The position numbers were made by a program, and so were the translations under genes. Under the pieces are notes generated by a model, which was not told the origin of the DNA, ran no database searches, and saw only the letters and a program-made list of their open reading frames with translations. A stretch of DNA of 64,000 bases from a virus (taxonomy: Duplodnaviria > Caudoviricetes), in IMG/VR virus record IMGVR_UViG_3300028591_000214, positions 442 to 64,441 of that record; one strand, 5' to 3'. Of this stretch, positions 50,685 to 60,726 are shown one piece after another (position 1 is the first letter of the stretch; each line of letters starts with the position of its first letter).

Positions 50685-53600
50685 ATGCTCTTTATATTAA
50701 CAGTTATATAATATTTTTTATTTTGTGTATATGGAACAGATACTGTTCCGAAAATAGTATTATCAATATTCTTATATGTAATATCAATATTTTTTTCTAC
50801 TGTATATTTACTGAAATTTTGAGGTCTCTCATAAGAGATAACATCATTAATATCAACGGGATTAGGAGAAATATATGAATAAATTTTAATATTATTCTTA
50901 TCATCTATATTAAAATATTTTATAAGTGTATTTTTAATATAGTTATTATATGAATTCTCTTTATCGACACCTGTAAAGTCTGTCCAGTTTGTATATAATG
51001 AAACTCCCGAATTTTTCAGGTATAGATATAATCCTTCAGATATATTAAGAGTGATATTTAAACTCTTTGTAGTTTTAGGCTTATCAAATTTCACATTATT
51101 ATCTTCTGCCAAAACTGGATTAGGAAGAGATTTATTGCTTTCACTGAATTTTGAAACGGTTAAATCTGTAGATATTGAATTTGAAGGCCAGGTTTCTATT
51201 CCTATTATAGGGTCATTTAATACTATTCCGCTGGATCCAAAGAAATTCTTTGTTTCAATACCAGGGATAAATCCATTTATAAATTTTAAAGAATTCTGGT
51301 TTATTATATTATAATAATTTCTATCCCACGATGAAGAAAGAATACTATGTCCAGCCGCCGATTGATAATTTATAGGCAATATAGATTTATTATATGTAGA
51401 AGAATATACTTTATGAATATATATATCATTAAGACGGTTCACTTTTTTGATATTAGTATTTCCGTGCAAGTAAGACCTTTTAGTGTTTTCTATAATTTCT
51501 ATATTCTCATTATCATAAAATTCAAATATATCTATAAATTTCGGAATAAAATAATTATTATTATATTTTAATGGAATATCTTGGTCAATATATGAAATGT
51601 CAATATTCAAGATTTTATTTATAATAGATTGTGTATATTTTATATATGTCTTATTTTTTATAATATATAATATCATCGATTCCTGTGTAATCGCGTTAAT
51701 AAACTCTTGATCCAATGAAGTCGTAGTCTCATGTTTATGTAAATCATAATTTATGAATAAGGATTTATTATAAGTATTTTCTCCGTATTTTAAATCAATA
51801 AGCCCATAAGTATATTCATCATCTATATAATTACTGAAGAAACTATTTTTCATTTTAAACCTTTTTTCTTCTTCATTATAATCATCTGCATCAAAAACTC
51901 TATAAAGCGCCGTAGTATTTTGTAAAGAATTATCTCCCATTATATTAAAAGATATTTGTGCAAAATCTTGAATGGCGACTTTATTAGATTCTGGAATATA
52001 TCCAGTATAAGATCCTGTTATCTTATCAAATCCACCGAACACTGATCCTTTATCGATTATATATGTTCCCGTTTTCCAATTCCAAGAAACCCAATTTTCA
52101 AAATTATCATCTGAATATAGATTAGGTGTTTTAGGATGGTATTTATGTTGTTCCATTGTATAAAGCATGGGATTATAATTATGGATAATAAGTAAGAATA
52201 TATTTTCATCCTCTGATATATAGATTTCTGATGGAGTATCATCATCCACATAATCTAAAATAATATATAAATTATAATTATCATACTTATACAATTTAAT
52301 ATTCTTATTATATATAGTATTGCTTAAACTTATTTTAAAGACAAATTGATTATATATAAATGTAAGAATATTAATATAATCATTATATATAATTTTACCG
52401 GCATAAATTAACCTTTCACTTGAATTATTTAAGAATGTATATAAAGGATTATCTATTAAATGTTTAAGTATAATATTTTGCCAAGAGCTATAATTATTTG
52501 TATTCTTTAATTTTGTTATAGTATTTAAAGAATTAAATAATCTATTATATATAATATTTGGTCGAGAATAATTAGTTATATTTTTAATATTAAGAAATTG
52601 ATTGTTGATAGACTCCCATTTAAATATAACAGGAGATACAATTGGCCAATTTAAGTCATTGGCGGGATTCTTATCTTTATAATAATTATATATATTAAGA
52701 CCTGGTATAATTTCTTTTAAGGATAAAGATTTATTTTCATCTATATTTCCTACCAATATTTTGGTATCATGTTCTACAGTTATATAATTAAATGCTATAT
52801 ATTCTTTCTTTCCTTTATAAACTATATTATATCCTATTTGATCTTCTGCGTCATATATTATAAAATATGAATGCTCTGGAATTTTAAAATCAGTAAAGCT
52901 TCCTTTTTCTAAAAAGTATAATTGATTGGTTTTTAAACTATTAGATAAGTAAAAATTATTTATATATAATTTTTGCTGTTGTGTAACATATATTGTATGA
53001 CTGGTTATATCAATTTTATCTGAATCGGTATAACTATAATCAAAATCTTTTATAGGCAATATGCCCATAATAGATAATGATGATTTACGGGGTATATATA
53101 AATTAATATGTCCATTAATAGTTCTTAAAGGCACCGTGCTCTGAATAAGCCATTTATCAAGATTCCAAGGGGATTGAATATAAAGCAGTTCATCATTTGG
53201 GCTGTAGAGATATGAGCTATTCATTGTATTAAGGTTATCCTGAACATATACAACAGCATTTTTAACAATATTAAACTTATAGATATTTGTAAATCTGTCA
53301 GATAATGTTTTTGCTGTAATCATATGATCAAAATAATCATATGTTGTATCAGGAATAGATATTTCATATACATACTTGCTTATAGGCATAAAATTAATAA
53401 TCGCTGATTTTCTCCATCCTAATAATTCAAAATCAAGAGGAGCATAACGGCAAGTATCCTGTGAATAACCTTCTGTGTCAAAAGATAATGGGTATGTATA
53501 TGATACATATTTTAATTTATTAAAATAATCAAATGTCGTATCAATCTCTTTTTTATTATCATAAATGGTATTCAGGTTTTCTATATCGGTTTCAGATATT

Positions 53601-56260
53601 TCCATATTTTTAATATTTAAAACCAATTCAGAATCATGCTTATAATCAAGGATATCTTTTGTAATATGCTGAAAAACAGTATTCTTTTGATTTACTATAA
53701 TAGAGAATGATTTAGCTGTACTCGCGCCCATATAAAACTTATAATTAAACTTTTCAATACATGCATTGATACGTTTAATCTGGTCATATATCTGTGCTGG
53801 CGCATTAGAATTTGCTAAATCCTGTGAATAGAAACATAATCTAAATATTTTAGGATAATGTTCTATTCTCGTAAATTTATAATTTAATGCCTGTTTTCCG
53901 GAATTTTGGTTTATAGGAAGATCTGAGAGAGGATCCTGAAGGTTTACAGGATCATATGAAGTATAGTTAAAATGAGCTTCATCTGGATCAAAATATAAAG
54001 ATGTATCATTTGGATAGTCATTTATATCTTCATTCCATATAATATTTCCTGTTATAGGATCTACTGTAAATGGATCATCTCCAAAATATTGATGCTCATG
54101 ATCTTCTTCTGAATTTTGTATGTCCCCCTTATATCTTACATAAACACTTTTATCGAATAATTTACTGTCTTTTTGATTATAAAGGATATATGGAGAAATA
54201 TTATCTTTTGTATATAAAAGTCTTGAATCATTTGATGCAATTATTTCAAATATATATGTATTCTTATTTTTGGCATCTGTTGTGATAATACGAATATGTT
54301 CTCCATATTCCATAGGTTTTTTCATATTCAATGTAATAAATTCTCTGGCGTCATCTGTTCCGCGGAATGTCACACTGCTTGAAAGTATATTATTTCCCGG
54401 TTTATTTGCTGTATTTTTAAGCTGGAAGAGTTTTTTATCTTTTTCTGTTTTAATACGTTCAACTATATTTCCGGCCTCTGCGAAGAAAAGTTTTTCTGGA
54501 TATTTCGTTATAATATTATCATATAGCTCATCTGAAATAACATTATAATTATTATCATATTTTGTCAATTCAATTTTACCCTTATTTTCAGTTTTTGTAA
54601 TACATGCAAATTCAATAAGCTGATTAGCTTTAAGATATAAACCGAAATATCTATGCATAATAAAATCTTCTGAATTATAATCATTGAATAAAAATTCTAA
54701 ATTCAATAAATTTGGAATGAGCATATTATTACGTTCATATCCTCCAATTATATATGCATTGAATTCTTCTTGTGTACCAGAATTTATAATCTTATTTCCA
54801 TTATAACAAATCTCATTTTTATATGTAATTACACCTGTATCAAGAGATATGCCATACCAAGAGTTTTTACCCAAAGGTTTCTCATATTCATTTTCATTAG
54901 GTAATTTATTATATTTTGGGAATTGGAGAAACACATTTTTTGGAACAAAATAATTATTTTTATAATTATTTAAATATATGCCTATCGGAGTATGTTCTCG
55001 TAAATCAAAGACTTTTACAAGTGAGCATTCTCTAAGAATGCTTTTAAATTTTTCGGTATCAGTATAAAAATTATCTGTAATATTATATGAATCTTTGTTA
55101 TAGAAGGAATCTATTTTAAATATACAGAAAAAATCTGGAAGTATATTATCTATCCATAATGGAGCGAGTATTCTAAAATTTTCAGGATAAAGAAAATCGG
55201 AATTAGTTTCTGCTCCGTATTCATATGTTGTTATATATTGATCTTTTAAATCTGTATATAATTTATGAGGATTTAAAAGATTTTCTGGAATTTTATATAA
55301 ATCTCCTTTCGGCAGACTTTTGAATGCCTGTCTTACATCTCTTGGATAATTGCCGTCAGTAGAGATATGCACTTTTCTGTATTTGTTATCTGAAAGGTTT
55401 TTAGATACTTTGAATGTATCAAGATACAGATTATAATTATTATCTACTACAAGTTTTATATTTCCTGTAAGTTTAGGATTTGTACGGATTAATGCGTAAG
55501 AACTGTTATTATTATATAATGGTTTTATACTGTCTTTCCAGATTTCATAATGGTAATTATTTGGAGATATGTTTATATTAATAATAACTTTTATATTTTG
55601 AAGGATTTGTGTATAATCAGAATTTAAATAATAAGAATCACATAAAGATACCTGAAAGATTATTTTAAAATCTCTTGATGATTCTTTTTGTGTATTCATC
55701 CAAGTAAAATCAGGACAATATACAGTTATATATTGATTAATAGCTTCTAAATTTTTCCCTTTTCCTAAATCGCCTTCGAATATAGTAGGCAATATTATAG
55801 TTTCATCATGAAGATTAGTAGTAAGGGGTTTTTTAAGTATCTTACCATTAATAATAATTCCTCCATAAACAAGTATATCTAAATCGTCCTTTGCTACAAA
55901 TACACTTGATGATATATTAAGTTTAGCTGGTAAATCTGAACTAGCAGTTCCATGTGAATTAACTATATCTGTAAAAGAAAATGGAATTATAGGTCCAGAT
56001 AATCCTAATTTATATGCGCGCTCCTGCGCGTCAGCAGATATATCTTCATATATCTTGTTTATATTAATAACAAGAGTATCATTGTCTTTGCTTAAAAATC
56101 CTGTATAATTATATTCAGATAGAAAACAATCATTAATACTTGGCGTATTATTTGCTCCTAAAAGAATATCCGGGGTATTGTCTACAGAATTTTTTTTAGT
56201 TCTTCCTCTTTTCTTTGTTGTCTTTTTTTCAGATGGAGTATTTGAATCTGATACCTTCAT
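50681..56260 (-). CDS. Giant virion structural protein, 1859 aa
   Basis: Intact 5.6-kb ORF with AGTAAATA upstream, heading a three-gene late operon. No catalytic motif recognised. Confidence 0.6.
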   Translation of the reverse strand: MKVSDSNTPSEKKTTKKRGRTKKNSVDNTPDILLGANNTPSINDCFLSEYNYTGFLSKDNDTLVININKIYEDISADAQERAYKLGLSGPIIPFSFTDIVNSHGTASSDLPAKLNISSSVFVAKDDLDILVYGGIIINGKILKKPLTTNLHDETIILPTIFEGDLGKGKNLEAINQYITVYCPDFTWMNTQKESSRDFKIIFQVSLCDSYYLNSDYTQILQNIKVIININISPNNYHYEIWKDSIKPLYNNNSSYALIRTNPKLTGNIKLVVDNNYNLYLDTFKVSKNLSDNKYRKVHISTDGNYPRDVRQAFKSLPKGDLYKIPENLLNPHKLYTDLKDQYITTYEYGAETNSDFLYPENFRILAPLWIDNILPDFFCIFKIDSFYNKDSYNITDNFYTDTEKFKSILRECSLVKVFDLREHTPIGIYLNNYKNNYFVPKNVFLQFPKYNKLPNENEYEKPLGKNSWYGISLDTGVITYKNEICYNGNKIINSGTQEEFNAYIIGGYERNNMLIPNLLNLEFLFNDYNSEDFIMHRYFGLYLKANQLIEFACITKTENKGKIELTKYDNNYNVISDELYDNIITKYPEKLFFAEAGNIVERIKTEKDKKLFQLKNTANKPGNNILSSSVTFRGTDDAREFITLNMKKPMEYGEHIRIITTDAKNKNTYIFEIIASNDSRLLYTKDNISPYILYNQKDSKLFDKSVYVRYKGDIQNSEEDHEHQYFGDDPFTVDPITGNIIWNEDINDYPNDTSLYFDPDEAHFNYTSYDPVNLQDPLSDLPINQNSGKQALNYKFTRIEHYPKIFRLCFYSQDLANSNAPAQIYDQIKRINACIEKFNYKFYMGASTAKSFSIIVNQKNTVFQHITKDILDYKHDSELVLNIKNMEISETDIENLNTIYDNKKEIDTTFDYFNKLKYVSYTYPLSFDTEGYSQDTCRYAPLDFELLGWRKSAIINFMPISKYVYEISIPDTTYDYFDHMITAKTLSDRFTNIYKFNIVKNAVVYVQDNLNTMNSSYLYSPNDELLYIQSPWNLDKWLIQSTVPLRTINGHINLYIPRKSSLSIMGILPIKDFDYSYTDSDKIDITSHTIYVTQQQKLYINNFYLSNSLKTNQLYFLEKGSFTDFKIPEHSYFIIYDAEDQIGYNIVYKGKKEYIAFNYITVEHDTKILVGNIDENKSLSLKEIIPGLNIYNYYKDKNPANDLNWPIVSPVIFKWESINNQFLNIKNITNYSRPNIIYNRLFNSLNTITKLKNTNNYSSWQNIILKHLIDNPLYTFLNNSSERLIYAGKIIYNDYINILTFIYNQFVFKISLSNTIYNKNIKLYKYDNYNLYIILDYVDDDTPSEIYISEDENIFLLIIHNYNPMLYTMEQHKYHPKTPNLYSDDNFENWVSWNWKTGTYIIDKGSVFGGFDKITGSYTGYIPESNKVAIQDFAQISFNIMGDNSLQNTTALYRVFDADDYNEEEKRFKMKNSFFSNYIDDEYTYGLIDLKYGENTYNKSLFINYDLHKHETTTSLDQEFINAITQESMILYIIKNKTYIKYTQSIINKILNIDISYIDQDIPLKYNNNYFIPKFIDIFEFYDNENIEIIENTKRSYLHGNTNIKKVNRLNDIYIHKVYSSTYNKSILPINYQSAAGHSILSSSWDRNYYNIINQNSLKFINGFIPGIETKNFFGSSGIVLNDPIIGIETWPSNSISTDLTVSKFSESNKSLPNPVLAEDNNVKFDKPKTTKSLNITLNISEGLYLYLKNSGVSLYTNWTDFTGVDKENSYNNYIKNTLIKYFNIDDKNNIKIYSYISPNPVDINDVISYERPQNFSKYTVEKNIDITYKNIDNTIFGTVSVPYTQNKKYYITVNIKSI

Positions 56261-56354
56261 TTATTTTATAAATATAAAATTTTAATATTTACTTTATAGT
56301 TATTACATAACTAATTGATAACAAAAAATGTTAAAAAACTTTAGATAATTTCCG

Positions 56355-56385
56355 ATATTCAAATATTTGATGTAATTTTGTAAAG
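56355..56385 (+). promoter_or_regulatory. Bacteroidota-type promoter upstream of the ligase operon
   Basis: ttcaaatatttgatg-TAATTTTG-ta (box 56373-56380), 23 nt before the ATG. Confidence 0.6.
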
Positions 56386-56403
56386 TAATAAAAATATAAA
56401 ATT

Positions 56404-58368
56404 ATGAACATGGATTTATACAATCAAGCAAAAGAGGCATACTATAACGGTAATCCGATTATGTCTGATCAAGAATTTGATGAACTTGAGAAATCATTAG
56501 GTCTTGAAAATAAAGGTTATATAGGAACAGTTAATAATGTTTCTTATACAGTTTCTCATCCTGTACTTATGGGAAGTCTTTCGAAAATTCAGATTAAGGA
56601 AGACAAGGATACTAAAACTATACAGTTTGATAAGTATTTAAGTGACCTTAAAAAATATATGGATAAGACAAAAGATTGTCCTGTATATGAGGTTACTCCT
56701 AAATTTGATGGAGCGTCGATTGAACTTATATTTGATCGTTTTGGTATGCTATTATCGGCTTCTACCAGAGGAGATGGTAAGTATGGTAAAGATATAAGTG
56801 TATGGTATCAAACTGATTATATTAAAAATAAATCAGTTATTAAAGAATTATGTAAAAAGCTTTTATCTGAGAATGAAAAATTAGTTGTCAGAGGTGAATG
56901 TCTTATTAAGATAAAAACATTTTTAGAAAAATATCAGTATGATTTCGCGAATCCCAGAGCATGGGTAGCTGGATGTATTGGCCAGAAATGGGAAAATACT
57001 CCTGAACAACAATCTTATAGGGAGGATTTAAATTTTGTTTTTTATACATTTATTAAAATAAATGGAAGAAATACTGCATACGAATTATCTTTTCAAAATG
57101 TTACTGATGGGCCTTATACAGATTCAGTAGGTATAGGAGAGTATCCGAAAGACATCTATTATATTAATAAGTCGCAGTTTGATCCAGATAGTTTTAAACA
57201 CTTATATCAAATGTTTGTAAACATTCGAGAAAATTCTGAATATGCCCTTGATGGATTTGTTATTAAACCTACTGTAAGTTATAGACTGAATGATTTTTCA
57301 AGAGAACGTCCGGAAGAATCAGTGGCCATTAAATTTGTTCCGGAAATTTTACAGTCTGTTATTACAGATATAATCTGGAAGCTCGGAAAGAATAAGGAAT
57401 GGTATCCAACCGCAGTATTGGAGCCTGTATATATGGATGGAAAAAAGATTATGAAGGCATCATTGCATAATTATAATTATATAATGTCACATAATGCTCA
57501 TATCGGCTCTGTGGTAAGAATTTCTTTGGCCGGTGATATAATTCCATTCGTATATGAAATAATCGGCACAGATGAGAAATATGAAACAACTGATAAGTAT
57601 AGACTTCCTGAGAACAGTAAGGTTGTTACAGAAGAATCTGGAATTGAACATTTAATGATAAATCAAATGGATAAGACGGAAGAAATTAAAATGCAGTTTA
57701 TACAATCTGCAGAAACACTGAACCTCAATAATATAGGTCCAAAAACTGCCGCAAAAATTTGGGATGCGTTATATAATGTGCATTATTGTTTATGGAATAT
57801 ATGTGAGTTATTTGATGATACTATTAAACAGCAATTAATTAAGGTTCTTGGAGAAAGTAAATCTACCGATAATATTATGGATACTTTAAATAAGGCTCCA
57901 TATGTATTGACATTAGAGCAAGTTATTAATTCTTGCAATTTCCCTTCTTGCGGTAATAAGGCGTCAAAGAGAATTGCCGAGATGATTTATCTTCAAATGA
58001 CTACAGACCATATTATTACAGCAGATGACTTTAAGGGATTAAACAGTGAGGCATGGTTATGGGTATTAAATGGACAGTCTGTTGAATGGGATGCATTAGA
58101 ATATCTTTATGAATGTTTTGAAGGTAAAGGTAAAAACATTTTTACACGAGTTGATTTAAATAATCAGGATGATAGTCAGATTAAAATTATTATGACTGGC
58201 GGGCCAGAAGGCATGACTAAAAAAGAGTGGCTTGCCAAGCATCCTGAATATACAGAAACTACAAAATGGAATGAATGTAAAATTCTGTTTTGTAATGATT
58301 TAAATAGTACTTCATCAAAAATGAAAAAAGCTCAAAAATTAGGTATTGAAATTAAATTATATAATTAA
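56404..58368 (+). CDS. ligA: NAD+-dependent DNA ligase, 654 aa
   Basis: Subdomain Ia AYYNGNPIMSDQEFD, HP...MGSLSK, adenylation motif KFDG, STRGDG, VRGE, NPRAWVAG, DGFVIK, ASLHN, AGDIIP, HhH motifs and a C-terminal BRCT-like region. Confidence 0.92.
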   Translation: MNMDLYNQAKEAYYNGNPIMSDQEFDELEKSLGLENKGYIGTVNNVSYTVSHPVLMGSLSKIQIKEDKDTKTIQFDKYLSDLKKYMDKTKDCPVYEVTPKFDGASIELIFDRFGMLLSASTRGDGKYGKDISVWYQTDYIKNKSVIKELCKKLLSENEKLVVRGECLIKIKTFLEKYQYDFANPRAWVAGCIGQKWENTPEQQSYREDLNFVFYTFIKINGRNTAYELSFQNVTDGPYTDSVGIGEYPKDIYYINKSQFDPDSFKHLYQMFVNIRENSEYALDGFVIKPTVSYRLNDFSRERPEESVAIKFVPEILQSVITDIIWKLGKNKEWYPTAVLEPVYMDGKKIMKASLHNYNYIMSHNAHIGSVVRISLAGDIIPFVYEIIGTDEKYETTDKYRLPENSKVVTEESGIEHLMINQMDKTEEIKMQFIQSAETLNLNNIGPKTAAKIWDALYNVHYCLWNICELFDDTIKQQLIKVLGESKSTDNIMDTLNKAPYVLTLEQVINSCNFPSCGNKASKRIAEMIYLQMTTDHIITADDFKGLNSEAWLWVLNGQSVEWDALEYLYECFEGKGKNIFTRVDLNNQDDSQIKIIMTGGPEGMTKKEWLAKHPEYTETTKWNECKILFCNDLNSTSSKMKKAQKLGIEIKLYN

Positions 58369-58371
58369 ACT

Positions 58372-58563
58372 ATGAGTGAACGAACAAGAGATTTAGAAAA
58401 GCAGCGAAAGAAAGTTATGAATGCGACAGATTTACAAATTAAAAATATGATTATTGCATTGGCGGAGACAATACCTGGTAGGTGCCATACAAAAGAGGAT
58501 TATAAAAACAATATCTGCGAGTTAATTGACAGATTATTTCCTCCGACAATAAACAATAAATAA
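58372..58563 (+). CDS. Hypothetical protein, 63 aa
   Basis: Starts 3 nt after the ligA stop. Confidence 0.55.
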   Translation: MSERTRDLEKQRKKVMNATDLQIKNMIIALAETIPGRCHTKEDYKNNICELIDRLFPPTINNK

Positions 58564-58588
58564 TTTAACTAAAATTTATAAATTAAGT

Positions 58589-58864
58589 ATGAGTAATAAT
58601 AAAATTCTTGATTTTTGGGCACCTTGGTGCGGTCCATGTAAACAGATGAAACCATCTATTGAAAAACTTGCAGAAGAATATGCAGATGTTGTTACTATAG
58701 AGACTGTTAACATAGAAGAAGATACAGAAGATGTATCTATTAAATATAATGTAAGAAATATACCTACAGTTATTTTTATTAAAGACGGAAAAGAAGTAGA
58801 GAGAATTATAGGTACTAAAAGTTATGATAGTATTAAGGCATTAATCGAAAAAACTTTTAAGTAA
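58589..58864 (+). CDS. trxA: Thioredoxin, 91 aa
   Basis: DFWAPWCGPCK and VRNIPT. Confidence 0.95.
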   Translation: MSNNKILDFWAPWCGPCKQMKPSIEKLAEEYADVVTIETVNIEEDTEDVSIKYNVRNIPTVIFIKDGKEVERIIGTKSYDSIKALIEKTFK

Positions 58865-59070
58865 TGAAGAAGTTTAAAAATATTATAGTGTCAAGTTTTG
58901 GATATATTATTTTATTTTTCTGGAAACTTTTGCTTTGTATATTCTTTATTATATTAAGTGCTTTTTTATTTTTCTTCTGGATAATATCTTGGATGATTGG
59001 AAATCATCCGGGCCCATTAAGAAAAATATATAGGTTAGATGATTTAAAAAAGAAAAAAGAATTAATTTAA
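58864..59070 (+). CDS. Small membrane protein, 68 aa
   Basis: About 38-residue hydrophobic stretch. TAATG coupling to trxA. Confidence 0.65.
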   Translation: MKKFKNIIVSSFGYIILFFWKLLLCIFFIILSAFLFFFWIISWMIGNHPGPLRKIYRLDDLKKKKELI

Positions 59071-59086
59071 TATTAAATTTTTATAT

Positions 59087-59845
59087 ATGTCAAAAGATTA
59101 TAATCAAGTTAAGAGTGAACTTTTTGAAAGTTTAGAAAAAGTTTTTGCACCTGTATTTGAAGAAATTTTTGGTTTTTTCAATGCGGATGAAAACTGTGAA
59201 TGTAAAAATGAATGCTGTGAAAAATGTGAATGTAAAGCTGAAAATAAGGCTGCATATACATGCACAGAAGAATGTGATAAGTCATGCTGCAGGGATCTTA
59301 ATCAAGAACATAAAGAACCTGCTTGTGAATGTAAGCAGGATTCTACATGTGAATGTAAATGTGAAGCACAAAAGAGCTCTATTGCAGAGCAGCTTTATAC
59401 AAAGCATTATAATACATGGAATATTCTGAACAAGGATAATACTACACCTGTTCCTGATAAAGACAGAACAGATACTCTTACTCCTGTAGTAGATAAGATT
59501 ATTATTCTTTTTAAGAATATTTTGAATGGAACAGCTCAACCAGATCCGGGTAATGCAGGATTTGACAATCTTTATTATGAGCTTTCAGCAGAACATCATT
59601 TTGATTATTACATTACATTCGGCGGTTCATTCGATGGTAAAGATACTCCTTATGTAAAAGTCGGTATTGATTTACTTGATCTTCATGATGATGATTTTAT
59701 TTTCTTCGGAAGAGATTGTGCCAATATCGATAATTATTTAGAGGATTTCGCGAATGAGCTTTCAGATCGTCTGGGATTTGCCAGTTATGATGTAGTAATG
59801 GATAATAATCAGATTATTCTGAAGATGTTTTATTGGGATGTATAA
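59087..59845 (+). CDS. Hypothetical protein with a Cys-rich metallothionein-like segment, 252 aa
   Basis: 15 Cys between NCECK and CECKCEAQ. Confidence 0.75.
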   Translation: MSKDYNQVKSELFESLEKVFAPVFEEIFGFFNADENCECKNECCEKCECKAENKAAYTCTEECDKSCCRDLNQEHKEPACECKQDSTCECKCEAQKSSIAEQLYTKHYNTWNILNKDNTTPVPDKDRTDTLTPVVDKIIILFKNILNGTAQPDPGNAGFDNLYYELSAEHHFDYYITFGGSFDGKDTPYVKVGIDLLDLHDDDFIFFGRDCANIDNYLEDFANELSDRLGFASYDVVMDNNQIILKMFYWDV

Positions 59846-59870
59846 TAAATTCACATTCATGGTATAAACA

Positions 59871-59912
59871 AAAAGGAATATAAGTTTTAAAATATAAATT
59901 TATATTCCTTTT
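59871..59912 (+). terminator. Intrinsic terminator
   Basis: aaaaggaatataa pairs with ttatattcctttt. Confidence 0.65.
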
Positions 59913-59923
59913 ATTTTAAAGAT

Positions 59924-60220
59924 ATGAGAGAGATTAAATTAAGCAACAGATATAAAGCCAGTAACAGATTAATTGAATTTAGGGAAAATGAGTTTTATTT
60001 GGAGTTCAGTAATTCTGAAGATGCTAATTTCTGTAGGGTCGGATGGGATAATGAACATTCTTATAAAGACAAGGAATATATATTCATAGATCCGTCTGGA
60101 GGTCCATTTATCACAATAGGAAGTAAATTTGAAGAGGTTCCAGATATGAAAGTCATAAGGATTTACGAAGAATCGTTAAAAGAAGGGGAATTACCTAAGT
60201 TTATTATTAAATTTGGTTAA
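59924..60220 (+). CDS. Hypothetical protein, 98 aa
   Basis: Intact ORF. Contains FIDPSGGPFITIG. Confidence 0.65.
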   Translation: MREIKLSNRYKASNRLIEFRENEFYLEFSNSEDANFCRVGWDNEHSYKDKEYIFIDPSGGPFITIGSKFEEVPDMKVIRIYEESLKEGELPKFIIKFG

Positions 60221-60231
60221 AATATTTTTTT

Positions 60232-60262
60232 ATTTTAAATATTTGATATATCTTTGTAATGT
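60232..60262 (+). promoter_or_regulatory. Bacteroidota-type promoter
   Basis: tttaaatatttgata-TATCTTTG-ta (box 60249-60256). Confidence 0.65.
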
Positions 60263-60314
60263 CAATTGAAACTGACAGATAATTTATTTTATTAACTTTT
60301 TTAAAATTTTAAAA

Positions 60315-60650
60315 ATGAAGAATGAAATTTGGAAAGACCTCAATGTAGATTTGTATTACAGAGGCATTAAGAATTGTTATCAAGTATCTAACATGGGACG
60401 TGTACGCAACAAAATCACTGGTCATATGATGACTACTCGTCGCGGACAATCTCCTAAGGCATCTGCTCGTGTAACTCTTGAAGGTGCAGTAGATCGTACA
60501 CTTACATTTAATGTATCAACTCTCGTGTGGAAAACTTTCGCTACTAACTGTCGTGATATTGAGAATGTTAACATCTCTTTTAAGGACGGTAATCCTATGA
60601 ACTGTAAGTTGAGTAATCTTTACATTGCTCCTACCCGTTTTAATCGCTAA
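60315..60650 (+). CDS. NUMOD4 + degenerate HNH domain protein (probably nuclease-dead), 111 aa
   Basis: IWKD...YQVSNMGRVRN (NUMOD4). VSTLVWKTF...ISFKDGNPMNCKLSNL where active HNH proteins have VHRLVA.AF...NH.DGN..NN...NL. Confidence 0.75.
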   Translation: MKNEIWKDLNVDLYYRGIKNCYQVSNMGRVRNKITGHMMTTRRGQSPKASARVTLEGAVDRTLTFNVSTLVWKTFATNCRDIENVNISFKDGNPMNCKLSNLYIAPTRFNR

Positions 60651-60667
60651 CAATATAAGATTTTTTG

Positions 60668-60699
60668 GATGGGTTTATTTTTAATAAACCCATCTTTTT
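60668..60699 (+). terminator. Intrinsic terminator
   Basis: gatgggtttatt pairs with aataaacccatc, followed by T5. Confidence 0.8.
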
Positions 60700-60726
60700 A
60701 CTTATATAAATATTGAAATAACAAAA

